Positions 39,375 to 48,896 of a DNA stretch of 64,000 bases are shown here, one piece after another; position 1 is the stretch's first letter, and every line of letters begins with the position of its first letter. The notes under the pieces were generated by a model. The model worked only from the letters and a program-made list of their open reading frames with translations, did no database searches and was not told the DNA's origin. Source of the DNA: an uncultured virus (IMG/VR IMGVR_UViG_3300037044_000254) (taxonomy: Duplodnaviria; Heunggongvirae; Uroviricota; Caudoviricetes); the IMG/VR virus record IMGVR_UViG_3300037044_000254, one strand, 5' to 3'. Position numbers and translations under genes: made by a program.

Positions 39375-40855
39375 GAAGCGCCATCGGCATTGATTTTGGG
39401 ACCACCAATACCCGCTTAGCTTTTTGCGATGGTATCCAAGTGCGCATCCTCACCGAACCCCAGGCAGTGTCACCCTTCATCCCCAGTACTATTGCATATA
39501 GACAAGGCAGACCCATTGCCTATGGTCAAGAGGCAAGAACAATCCACGGAGATGAGGCCATTGCTTCCCTGAAGTGGTTATTGGCTCAGGATGCTACCTT
39601 AGATGTGGGAATTCCGGACCGAGGAATAAGCCCAACAGAGGTGGTGGCCGACTTTGTTGGACATTTAAAGAGAATATTTCTGGCGAACCGGGTTGACCCA
39701 GAGGAGCATATGGTAGCGGTGACCGTGCCAGTCGGTTATCCGCTCCGGGCAAGGCGAGCGCTGGTTGCAGCTTTTCAAAAGGGAGGGGTGCCGATAAGCG
39801 TGCTGTATCCTGAACCGGTGGCAGCGCTTTATGCTGCTGCTCCCGCGACCACCAGAGAGGGTAAGGTTTGCGCCATACTGGACTGGGGGGGAGGGACCCT
39901 TGATATCGCCTGCCTGAGAATAAAGGAGGGAAAGGCCTACGTTTTGAGCACCGAAGGACTCAAGGAGGGGGGAGATGATTTTGATGCATGGATTGCCCGC
40001 GACGCTTTAGACGTTTTCCTTTCGCGTAATTTAGACCTGCAAAATGATCGAGATTTAATATGGAAGACCAAACAAAAGGGGTTGTTGCTAAGGGCTGAGA
40101 GTGCCAAGTGGGATTACAATTATAATCCCACCTTACGCTGGGATGGTTTTGTGGGCAACTATGATCTGGAATACCGGCTTGACGCCGATCTCTTCCGGGA
40201 GCGCCTGAAAAATCCGGTGAGCAAGGCCATCAGACTCTTTTCCCAAGCGGTTAAAGATAGTGGCGAACCTGAACGTTTAATAAAACCGATAATTCTCTCT
40301 GGTGGAACACGCAACCTGGACTTTGTCCGTCACAGTTTAGAAGGAGAATTTGGAGATCGGATTATAGATGAGCTTCCGAAAACCGGACATTTCAAGGATG
40401 TGGATAAAAATCGTATTGATTCGGCCACAGCGCTGGGCGCAGCGCTCCTTATGGCAAATGAGAGTCGCCCGGTATTCTCCCGGTCCATTGGGGTGCGGAT
40501 GGCCGACGCCCGCCATACGGCCGACATGGATCTGTTCTGGCCGATCTTCCACCGGGGTGAAATTATCCAGCCGCAGAAAACTAAGGAGGTTGAACTTTTT
40601 GTCACCAATCCCTCCTGTGGGGTGGCGCGCCTCTTGATTTGCGACCAACTTGAGCCGGATTTGGAACCTGCTGGTCGTCTCCTGCGGTTTTTCCCAGTGC
40701 CAGTGTCAAAAGAAGAAATAAGCATTTTTGCAAAATTTAGGGTCACTGAGGACCTACTCCTTGAGGTGACCGTAATCGGTGCGATCGCCGGCATCAACCC
40801 AGAAGATTCCCGATGCTATATTGCCAACTTGGCCTTTGGTTTTGATTTACCCTAA
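39371..40855 (+). CDS. Divergent Hsp70-family ATPase lacking the helical lid
   Basis: GIDFGTTNT, VTVP, EPVAA, LDWGGGTLD, GGDDFD, LSGG, ALGAA; short SBD-beta-like tail; 494 aa. Confidence 0.9.
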   Translation: MRSAIGIDFGTTNTRLAFCDGIQVRILTEPQAVSPFIPSTIAYRQGRPIAYGQEARTIHGDEAIASLKWLLAQDATLDVGIPDRGISPTEVVADFVGHLKRIFLANRVDPEEHMVAVTVPVGYPLRARRALVAAFQKGGVPISVLYPEPVAALYAAAPATTREGKVCAILDWGGGTLDIACLRIKEGKAYVLSTEGLKEGGDDFDAWIARDALDVFLSRNLDLQNDRDLIWKTKQKGLLLRAESAKWDYNYNPTLRWDGFVGNYDLEYRLDADLFRERLKNPVSKAIRLFSQAVKDSGEPERLIKPIILSGGTRNLDFVRHSLEGEFGDRIIDELPKTGHFKDVDKNRIDSATALGAALLMANESRPVFSRSIGVRMADARHTADMDLFWPIFHRGEIIQPQKTKEVELFVTNPSCGVARLLICDQLEPDLEPAGRLLRFFPVPVSKEEISIFAKFRVTEDLLLEVTVIGAIAGINPEDSRCYIANLAFGFDLP

Positions 40856-40873
40856 ATTCTTTAGAGGAAAGCC

Positions 40874-41440
40874 ATGCTATCTAATCTCACCGTGCGGTCC
40901 AATGTGATCGAGAACCGCCGCACTCCCCAAGACTATAGAATAAGAGGAGAACTGGTGGTATCTCCCCTGGCTAGAATTTCTGCCCGAGATCTACATGAAC
41001 TATCAACCCTGAACCCGATTGGTTTGGGCAATGTTTTCGATAAAGAAACATTGAAAACGAGGCCATACGGCTTGCCCACATCGGAACAGCTAACACAATA
41101 TAAAAGTTACCTTTTCTATGGTGATAAGACAGTTTCCCTTGTTGACGAGGGACGGTTAATCAAATGCTGGTGTGCAGCAGCAGAACATCTATTGCGAACG
41201 TGGGAAGAAATAAAATATCACTTAGATATAGAGAAAACTGTGGAATGTCTTTGTATTTTTATCGCAATAGAAATAAATCTTCAGGTTAAAGAAGCGCTTA
41301 ACAATGGTCTCTCCCCTGAAGAGTTAGAATTATTGTTTGAAATCAAAAAAGCCGTGGAAACTATGTTAGAAGAAGAGAAGGATTGGGAAACATTCCAAGT
41401 ATACCAACGCGCCAGCGAAATCTTGGGTTTAAGAGATTAA
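40874..41440 (+). CDS. Hypothetical protein
   Basis: 188 aa, GAGGA RBS, helical C-terminus. Confidence 0.65.
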   Translation: MLSNLTVRSNVIENRRTPQDYRIRGELVVSPLARISARDLHELSTLNPIGLGNVFDKETLKTRPYGLPTSEQLTQYKSYLFYGDKTVSLVDEGRLIKCWCAAAEHLLRTWEEIKYHLDIEKTVECLCIFIAIEINLQVKEALNNGLSPEELELLFEIKKAVETMLEEEKDWETFQVYQRASEILGLRD

Positions 41441-41454
41441 TCGGGAGGCGACTG

Positions 41455-44400
41455 ATGGCCATTGATCCCATCCAGATTTCACACAATATAAAGGGGCGTT
41501 TTCTCTCTTATCTTAAGACGACCTTTAAGGTGTCGGAGAGGTACACTGATCTCAATTCAAGGCTTAAAGATTTGCTGAGTAAGGAGCAACGTTTTTTCCG
41601 GGGGCCATATTTGCAGGGACTGCCTCCATACCAAACCGATCGGTCTCTTGAGGAATTGGTGCAGGAAGGGGTTCTGCCTCAGGAAATTCTGAAGACCCCC
41701 TTCTTTGACAACGTCCGGCGCCCCCTTTATCGTCACCAAGTGGATACCATTCGCCTGTTGCGCAAAGGAGAAAACGTTATCCTGGCAAGCGGTACCGGAA
41801 GCGGTAAGACCTTGGCGTTCCTAATCCCCATCCTGGCAGGCATCCTGGAAGACCCGCGACCGGGCATTCACGCCCTCTTACTTTACCCAATGAACGCGTT
41901 GGTGAACGATCAGTTGAAGTTACTCAGGCGCCTGTTAAAAGACTATCCGGAGATTCGCTTCGGCCGTTATATCAATAAAGAAGTGACCCCTGAAAGGGAG
42001 AGGGAGGCCAGGGACCTTCCCCAAAATCAAAATGCCCCCGCAAACGAAGTGCTCTCTCGTGAAGTCTTTCGGAAACATCCGCCACACCTGCTCATCACCA
42101 ATTATTCAATGTTGGAGTATCTGCTCCTCCGTCCCAAAGACTCACCCCTTTTTCAGGGTCCGTGGCGCTTCATGGTAGTGGACGAGGCCCATACCTACAC
42201 TGGAGCCAAGGGAAGCGAAGTTGCTCTGCTTTTGCGAAGGGTTCGGGACAGGATAAAGGCTCCCGGAGAAAAGCCTCCCCAATATGTAGCCACTAGCGCT
42301 ACCATGGGCGATGAACAACAAGAAAGCCTCAAGAGAATTACCGAGTTCGGGAGGCATTTCTTCGCCGCTCCTTTTTCAGAGAATAATGTAATAAGGGAGC
42401 TCACAACCCATGCTCCCTTGGGAAATCAAGAGTTAAAGGTGCCCAGGGAAGTTTATGGAGCGCCGATTGTGACCAGGGCGCTGGAGAGCCGCAACTGGTC
42501 GCCGGAATTATCTGCCCTCTTGGAGCAGGCCGGTTTTGCGGCGGCGGCGGTGCACCAGGCCGCGGCGCTTGCTGCGACGGACTTCCCCGGCGCTCTCTAT
42601 TCCGTCTTCTGCCATGACTCCCGAGTCCAGAGCTTGCGCGAAGAAGTGGAGTTGGTCCCGGACCTTCCCAGCGCTGCCGCCCATGTGTTTGGCAGCGAAG
42701 CCGCGGTGGATGATCTCATTCATATGGTAAGAATATTCAGCTTGGCTCGTATGCCGGGAACGGAGGCCCGGCTGGTACCCTGTCGCTACCACTTTTTTCT
42801 CAAAGGACTTAACGGGGTTCTGGTGAGCTTTTCGCCAGAGGGCGGGAGTGGGAGAAATCCAGACCCATATCCTTCTTTGGATCCGGCGATAACTGATCTA
42901 CAGACGGAAAGCAAAACCCTGCAACTATATTTTTGTCGCAAGTGCCGGCAACCCTATCTTTTCGGATATGCTTTAGAGAGAATTCTCAAGGCCCTGGGCT
43001 CTCCCATAGAGGAACGGGGCAAACCTCTCTTACTGGCTTGGGACCTTCCCCAAGAACGACTGCCTGAAGAAGATGCAGAGTTCTCTGAAACCACTGAAAG
43101 CGACCTTCCCAGGATAGAATGGTGTGTGAATTGTGGATGTTATTGGGATCAGGGAGGGAATTCTTGCGATTGCCCTGAAGCGCATAGAATGCTTCTGTGG
43201 AAATTGTCCGAAGGCCAGGAGGATCTCCCAAAATGCAAGGTGTGTGGCGGCCAACACAGCGTGACCCCGATGGTATCGGAAGCTGAAGCAGCCCAGGCAG
43301 TAACGACCCAGGCTATCTATGATTGTTTGCCTCCTTCAACAGAGGAAAAAGCCTCATATTATCCAGGTCGAGGCCGCAAGCTACTCATCTTTTCGGATTC
43401 ACGCCAAAAGGCTGCCCGGTTTGCGCCATATCTAGAGATGACAAGAACCCCCTTGGCTATTCGTTGGCTCATCTTGCAGGCTCTAAAGGAGGCCGGGGGG
43501 TATGAGCGAGGCATCACAGCCTCATCTCTTTTGGATTATATGTTGCGCCTAGCTGAGGAAACCGGCCTTTTTCTCCAAAATGACCGTGATGAGTTGGTCA
43601 CGGAATTTAAAAGAAATCTGGCGCAGGAATTTTGTTTGCCTGTAAGTCGCCGGAGTTCCCTGGAGTCTTATGCCTTGGTGCAAGTATCCTGCGAGTTGGG
43701 CAGGTTCTTTAAGCTGCCCGAGGTCTTTACGAGCTATGGATTGGCCGAGAAAGAGGCATTAAGTTTATTTCAGTTCTTTCTTCAGACCATGCGCTTGCAG
43801 AAGGCAGTCACCTTTCCCAGCCCTCTAACTGCCGCTGATCCAGCATTTGCCCCTATCCTAAAAAAGATCGCATTCTTGGATCAGGAATCTGAACAAGGCG
43901 TTGGCTTTACCTCACATGCCTTCGTACCTGCGTCAAGCCATGTGGACCGTCAGCGGCGATCAGTTTTTCTTAAAAAGGTGATAGAACGGAAATGTGGCCG
44001 AAGCCTGAACCAGGCAGAAACCCTAGACCTCTTAAGTGCTTGTTGGCGAGCCCTCTCTGCTGTGGAAGCCCCCTTCCCACCTCTGAAAAGGGTAGAGGTA
44101 GCCCATGGAAGAATGGGATTTCAGATCCCTTGGGAAAATCTCAGATTTGGTTTAAGCGGGGAATGGCATCAATGCCGAAGCTGTGGACAATGGACCGACA
44201 AAGCAGTGGCGGAAATCTGCCCCCACCTGGGCTGTAAAGGAATCCTGCAAAGGAAAATCCCCTCTGACTTTTTCAGGGACCACTACTATTGGGATATTTA
44301 TTCCAACTCCAAACCGCCAACCCCTTTCACCGCTAGGGAACATACGGCCCAGTTAAGCGCTGCTCTTGCTTCGGCATATCAAATTGCTTTCGAGAAGGGT

Positions 44401-47238
44401 TGGCAGCCCGACCATGGTCAAATCAACATTCTCAGTTGCTCTACCACCTTTGAATTAGGAGTGGACCTGGGAGACCTAGAAGCGGTGTTATTGAGGGACG
44501 TGCCGCCTACGCCGGCTAATTACCAGCAGCGCGCTGGACGGGCCGGGCGGGGTGTGGGGACTGCCGCCTTTGTCACCACTTTTGCTTTATCCAGGTCCCA
44601 TGACGAACACTACTACTCTTGCCCTGAGGAAATGGTTAGGGGCCGCATCAAGCCCCCCCGACTCAATCTCGAAAACGCTTTAATTGTGGACCGTCATATC
44701 AATGCCGTCATGCTCTCTCGCCTTGTACGCCAAATAAGCCAGACCATCCATGAAGTTGTGAGCATCGATAGTTTTTGGAGGGGTTGTGACAGCTGGTTGG
44801 AACAAAGCGGACTGGAAGGATTATACCATCTCTATCAGGAGGCCAAGCGGGAGATAGCTGCTTTGATTCCAGACTCCTTCCCACAAGATTATGGCGACAA
44901 TAGCCCCGCCCGTCTTCAAAATTCACTTGAGGCAGCCAGAGATTATTACCTTGCCGAGCTAAGCATGTATAAAAAAGCTCAAAAGGAGGCAAAATTAGTA
45001 AGAGATCAAATGGAGAAGGAAGGGAGATCAACCATTAATATAGCCCGTTACATGGATTATCTCCGCCGGCGGATGAACGACATCAAGGCGACCGATTGGA
45101 TCAGCTTCTTGTGTGCCAGGGTGGTTTTGCCCGGCTATGCGTTTCCAATCTATAATGTGATTTTAGAAACTACTGATAAAGACTTAAAATTGGAGCGGGA
45201 TCTCAAAATCGCTTTATCGGAGTATGCACCCGGCAGTGAAATTGTAGCCAAAGGACTAGTTTGGAAGAGTGAAGGGTTGCGTCTCCCCCCTAATAGAGCA
45301 TTGCCCCAAAAATATTATGCCCGTTGCCCGAATTGTGGCCACGTAGAAAGGCATCTGGAGCACACACAGATTTTTAGAGGCGGAAGTTGCAGGGTATGCG
45401 GCGATGCTGGCCGGGGACCTCGGCCCAGACGAAAAGCTCTCTATTGGATTCCTCTCTATGGGTTTTTAACAGACCCGCAGAAAGGCGGTAGAAAAATCGA
45501 TTTCACCCGCGGCATGTCAATGCTCCCGTCTTCCAGGGTGTTTTATGTGGCGCAACAAGAGGACAATCCTGATAAATCGTTGGAACTTTCTTCCACGCAG
45601 CAGGTTTGGGTTTCCGTAAAAACCAACAAGTCCGCAGATTTTTTTGTCTTTAATCCCGGCAAAAACGGGCAGGGATTCACCCTCTGCAGATCTTGCGGAA
45701 GACTTCTGAGTGATAGGGATGTTAGACAGGGACACGATAAATTCTGGGGTGGTAGGTGCCAGGGAAGGGCTTCTCAGCCGGTTCGGTTGGCCCACGAATT
45801 TCAGACCAGTGTCTGTCGGCTTCTTTTTCATCACACGGAAAGAAGTTTTGTAGATAACGGTTTTTGGTTGTCTCTCTTATACGCCGTGCTATCAGGCATG
45901 GCTGCGGCTTTGGGAATTGAGGAGTCAGACATTGACGGCGTCGTCAGTCCGGCTTCAATAGGCGCAGGAATCCCCGTTCAGGAACTCGTCATCTTCGACA
46001 ATGTGCCGGGAGGAGCGGGACACATTGAATCCTTTGCCAGAGAAGAGGATCTGCGGACCGTTATCCACGCAGCTCACCGTTTGGTATCCCAGTGCGGTTG
46101 TGCCCCGGATACCGCCTGTTATGGCTGTCTGCGGCGGTACCAAAACCAATACTGTCATGACATTCTGGCTCGCGGGCCGGTAGCAGCATATTTGGAGCGC
46201 CTTTTGGAGGATATTGAAACCGCCCAGAGCGATGATCGCACCTACTATTCCCCGGATAAGGCTCGGTTTTTAAGGTCGCAACTTGAGCAATCAAAGGGGT
46301 TGACGATTATCGCCGATACCCTGTTGGAAAGTGCTCCCGGTGAGATTGGTTCGTGGTTTCTTGCCCTACAAAATCTGGCCGATCGCCTGGGAGAAAATTT
46401 CACCCTATGTCTGAAAACCTTTGACTCAGCGACAGAAGGCCACCTAACTGCCTGCCTAATACTTTTGCTCCATAGCGGCGCCCGATTGTATCGGGTGGCC
46501 GCCCAGGCTCCGGCGCCCCCCTATCATTTCTTCTCCGCTGCCCCAAATGCACCGCAAATGGGCATTAAATGGGTTGACCAAGATTTGCCCGTATTGGACG
46601 GCACCATCCACTCAAAGAAGTTTGTTTACAACACCTTTCCAGACCGGCTACGAGAAGCAGAAGAGGAATTGAGGGTGTGGCTCAAGAAACACGCTACCCC
46701 TGTTGCCATCGCCAATTTGCAGATGAGAGGTGTCTCGGCTGTATCTATTGGTAAAAACGATTTGGTTGACTACGAGAGCATTTGTCGAGACTTCCGGAAA
46801 CCAGGGTATGAAAAGATTATCATCCAGGACCCCTATCTCCAAAACCAGCACCAGCTGGATTGTTTGCAGCGCTTTCTATCAGCGGGGTTATCATTGGAAG
46901 GGCGTCTGGATGCGGCATCCTTTCTACTCCGCACTCGCTTAGCGCAGCCATCGACTGATCGGTTCGCCTTTAGTCCCTTGGAACACCGAAAGAAACTGGA
47001 GCATTTCTTGAGTAATCTGCCTGATTTTCAGAAAGATCTGGACTTACGGAGCACCTACGATAAGATGCACACTCGTTTCGCCTATTTTTCCTGGAATGAC
47101 GGTGTTGAGTTGCTTTACCTTCCAGAACGTGGTTTCGATATCTTAAAACCAGGAACCGAAAGAGCCCGAGCAGATACCGTTATCCTGAAATTTGTGGAAA
47201 TTGACCCCAAAATGAGAAATATTTTGAACTTATTTTAA
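41455..47238 (+). CDS. DEAD/DEAH SF2 helicase with DUF1998 and C-terminal MIT_C/PLD-like domain (DruE-like)
   Basis: Start ATG 41455 (GGGAGG); LYRHQ, GTGSGKT, YPMNALVNDQ, DEAH, SAT, FSDSR, ELGVDLG, QRAGRAGR, CGC...ACYGCL, QDPYL..HQ. Confidence 0.9.
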   Translation: MAIDPIQISHNIKGRFLSYLKTTFKVSERYTDLNSRLKDLLSKEQRFFRGPYLQGLPPYQTDRSLEELVQEGVLPQEILKTPFFDNVRRPLYRHQVDTIRLLRKGENVILASGTGSGKTLAFLIPILAGILEDPRPGIHALLLYPMNALVNDQLKLLRRLLKDYPEIRFGRYINKEVTPEREREARDLPQNQNAPANEVLSREVFRKHPPHLLITNYSMLEYLLLRPKDSPLFQGPWRFMVVDEAHTYTGAKGSEVALLLRRVRDRIKAPGEKPPQYVATSATMGDEQQESLKRITEFGRHFFAAPFSENNVIRELTTHAPLGNQELKVPREVYGAPIVTRALESRNWSPELSALLEQAGFAAAAVHQAAALAATDFPGALYSVFCHDSRVQSLREEVELVPDLPSAAAHVFGSEAAVDDLIHMVRIFSLARMPGTEARLVPCRYHFFLKGLNGVLVSFSPEGGSGRNPDPYPSLDPAITDLQTESKTLQLYFCRKCRQPYLFGYALERILKALGSPIEERGKPLLLAWDLPQERLPEEDAEFSETTESDLPRIEWCVNCGCYWDQGGNSCDCPEAHRMLLWKLSEGQEDLPKCKVCGGQHSVTPMVSEAEAAQAVTTQAIYDCLPPSTEEKASYYPGRGRKLLIFSDSRQKAARFAPYLEMTRTPLAIRWLILQALKEAGGYERGITASSLLDYMLRLAEETGLFLQNDRDELVTEFKRNLAQEFCLPVSRRSSLESYALVQVSCELGRFFKLPEVFTSYGLAEKEALSLFQFFLQTMRLQKAVTFPSPLTAADPAFAPILKKIAFLDQESEQGVGFTSHAFVPASSHVDRQRRSVFLKKVIERKCGRSLNQAETLDLLSACWRALSAVEAPFPPLKRVEVAHGRMGFQIPWENLRFGLSGEWHQCRSCGQWTDKAVAEICPHLGCKGILQRKIPSDFFRDHYYWDIYSNSKPPTPFTAREHTAQLSAALASAYQIAFEKGWQPDHGQINILSCSTTFELGVDLGDLEAVLLRDVPPTPANYQQRAGRAGRGVGTAAFVTTFALSRSHDEHYYSCPEEMVRGRIKPPRLNLENALIVDRHINAVMLSRLVRQISQTIHEVVSIDSFWRGCDSWLEQSGLEGLYHLYQEAKREIAALIPDSFPQDYGDNSPARLQNSLEAARDYYLAELSMYKKAQKEAKLVRDQMEKEGRSTINIARYMDYLRRRMNDIKATDWISFLCARVVLPGYAFPIYNVILETTDKDLKLERDLKIALSEYAPGSEIVAKGLVWKSEGLRLPPNRALPQKYYARCPNCGHVERHLEHTQIFRGGSCRVCGDAGRGPRPRRKALYWIPLYGFLTDPQKGGRKIDFTRGMSMLPSSRVFYVAQQEDNPDKSLELSSTQQVWVSVKTNKSADFFVFNPGKNGQGFTLCRSCGRLLSDRDVRQGHDKFWGGRCQGRASQPVRLAHEFQTSVCRLLFHHTERSFVDNGFWLSLLYAVLSGMAAALGIEESDIDGVVSPASIGAGIPVQELVIFDNVPGGAGHIESFAREEDLRTVIHAAHRLVSQCGCAPDTACYGCLRRYQNQYCHDILARGPVAAYLERLLEDIETAQSDDRTYYSPDKARFLRSQLEQSKGLTIIADTLLESAPGEIGSWFLALQNLADRLGENFTLCLKTFDSATEGHLTACLILLLHSGARLYRVAAQAPAPPYHFFSAAPNAPQMGIKWVDQDLPVLDGTIHSKKFVYNTFPDRLREAEEELRVWLKKHATPVAIANLQMRGVSAVSIGKNDLVDYESICRDFRKPGYEKIIIQDPYLQNQHQLDCLQRFLSAGLSLEGRLDAASFLLRTRLAQPSTDRFAFSPLEHRKKLEHFLSNLPDFQKDLDLRSTYDKMHTRFAYFSWNDGVELLYLPERGFDILKPGTERARADTVILKFVEIDPKMRNILNLF

Positions 47239-47265
47239 CTATTACCAAAATTATCGATATTAATA

Positions 47266-47490
47266 TTATTCCGTTAGGGTGATCCAAGTAGTATAACCAG
47301 AGCCACTCTTTGCGGGTCTCCTCTCAGTATACCAGTTGCCTTCCCCAAAAAGCTCATTTATTGCCCGGGGAACTATGGAATAAGCAAAGTCCTCCCGTCT
47401 TCCAAGCACATCGGGAAGCAATTCGGCAAGTTGAACCTGAACTCCCTTCCATGGCTTCCCCATTTGTACTAATCTCAGTGATCAAAATAT
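47266..47490 (-). pseudogene. 3-prime gene fragment (possibly an ATPase C-terminus)
   Basis: Protein-like 65 aa tail, apparent frameshift just upstream, no RBS. Confidence 0.3.
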
Positions 47491-47600
47491 CCTGTGGATG
47501 GACATGCAATAGGGGCAACAACGTATCTGTGAAGCGCTGTCTAAGTAGTCATACCTAACATAGCCAGCACCTGACCTCTGACAGCCTCTTTGGCTTGGCT

Positions 47601-47663
47601 GACCATGTCCATCTTTCCCAGGCCCACCTGGCCGAAGCGGCGGAGAAGGCAAGGGTTGGGTAG
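47601..47663 (+). pseudogene. Possible tyrosine-integrase C-terminal remnant
   Basis: Reads HLSQAHLAEAAEKARVG-stop, like the YAHLS..HL.EAV tail; GC-rich patch in AT-rich DNA. Confidence 0.35.
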
Positions 47664-47732
47664 TGAAGGGAAATTGTCGACCTGAGAGGAAAAAGCTATT
47701 GAAAAGAAATTGAGTTAAAGGCAGGATGCTTT

Positions 47733-48896
47733 TTAGAAAATAAGACGATCATTGTATGGCAGAGCCGGTTGAGGATAGTTCGGATCCGTCTTCTCATGCA
47801 GAATGTCAGATTGACGTTGGGCAAATTTATCCCCAAGTTTCTTCCAGGTATCGGGAGGAAGTTCAGCTGCTTGACAGAAATATCGAACTGTTAGCTCAGC
47901 ACGCTTAAGGATTAAAAGTTCGGATTTGCCTGTAAGTTGAAGAAACGATCTATTATGTATCAAGTCCAGCGCTGCAAGTCGCAAAATTTGAGGAACTTGA
48001 AATGATATCTTGGGAGCCTCAAGGGACTCACGCACAAGCTGGAGAAAAGAATCCCATTGAGGCAAAGCAAGGGGAGTCTCTTCTCCTTTAGATTGTCCCT
48101 TTGCGATTAAAAGATCTGAACGGAGCTTAGAAATAAATTGATATTGGCTCCTCCCCCCCCAAATCACTACTTTAAGGGCCTCATCGAGTCTTGCTTTAGT
48201 CTCTGGCATTAGGTATTGAGTAAATATAAGGCCCACACATGTTGCGAGCGCAATACTAAAAACACTTACGCCTTCAAGAATAATAGCTAAGTGATCACTT
48301 CTTTCCGGGTCTATTTCTCTGCGAATGGCTTTAGCTTGTCCTAAGATCTTGCGAAGTATCTCCCAATGAGATGGTTCGTTCCATGCTTTTGCATATATAT
48401 AATAAACAAATGTCCCTAAGGGAGGGAATCGCTTAATTAAATCCCTTATATCAATTAATTCTTTAGCCGTGTAAATGCATTGTGCTGATCCTGAGGGATA
48501 TACCAATGCTCGGTCATATCTATTAAATTCTACTTCGTCCAGCAGGTTAATCCCTAGAGAACCTGCAAAGAGCTTATGGTCTGGTTCAATTTTATTTCCC
48601 TTTTTCCTTTGTAAAAGAATAATGCCAGAACTGGCCGATATCCTGTCCATTAATCCCCGAAGCCAAACAGCCCTATTTGCAGGTGATTGACCCTTGAGAG
48701 TTTTACAATCCCCGAGAACCAGCTCCCATCGAAGATCTGAGCCAGGACGTAGGCCAAGAACATCGATATCTGTAATAACTTTATTTTCCTCGTCGAGGCC
48801 ACCAGCAGGAAAAACTGGAATTTCGACGAGAGCATACCAACCTTGAGCGGTAAAATGCTTAAATATCATTTCTTTCTGAGCAGCATCCTTCATCAT
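47733..48896 (-). CDS. Putative PD-(D/E)xK restriction-endonuclease-fold protein
   Basis: N-terminal E...TDIDVLG...GDCKT motif, then helical domain. Confidence 0.65.
   Translation of the reverse strand: MMKDAAQKEMIFKHFTAQGWYALVEIPVFPAGGLDEENKVITDIDVLGLRPGSDLRWELVLGDCKTLKGQSPANRAVWLRGLMDRISASSGIILLQRKKGNKIEPDHKLFAGSLGINLLDEVEFNRYDRALVYPSGSAQCIYTAKELIDIRDLIKRFPPLGTFVYYIYAKAWNEPSHWEILRKILGQAKAIRREIDPERSDHLAIILEGVSVFSIALATCVGLIFTQYLMPETKARLDEALKVVIWGGRSQYQFISKLRSDLLIAKGQSKGEETPLALPQWDSFLQLVRESLEAPKISFQVPQILRLAALDLIHNRSFLQLTGKSELLILKRAELTVRYFCQAAELPPDTWKKLGDKFAQRQSDILHEKTDPNYPQPALPYNDRLIF

Noticed and set aside
39371..40855. Calling the Hsp70 gene dnaK
   Set aside because: Too short and divergent, no lid or linker, no dnaJ/grpE/hrcA context
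41455..47238. Naming the operon Druantia or DISARM outright
   Set aside because: Canonical partner genes cannot be confirmed by eye and the Hsp70 is unexplained
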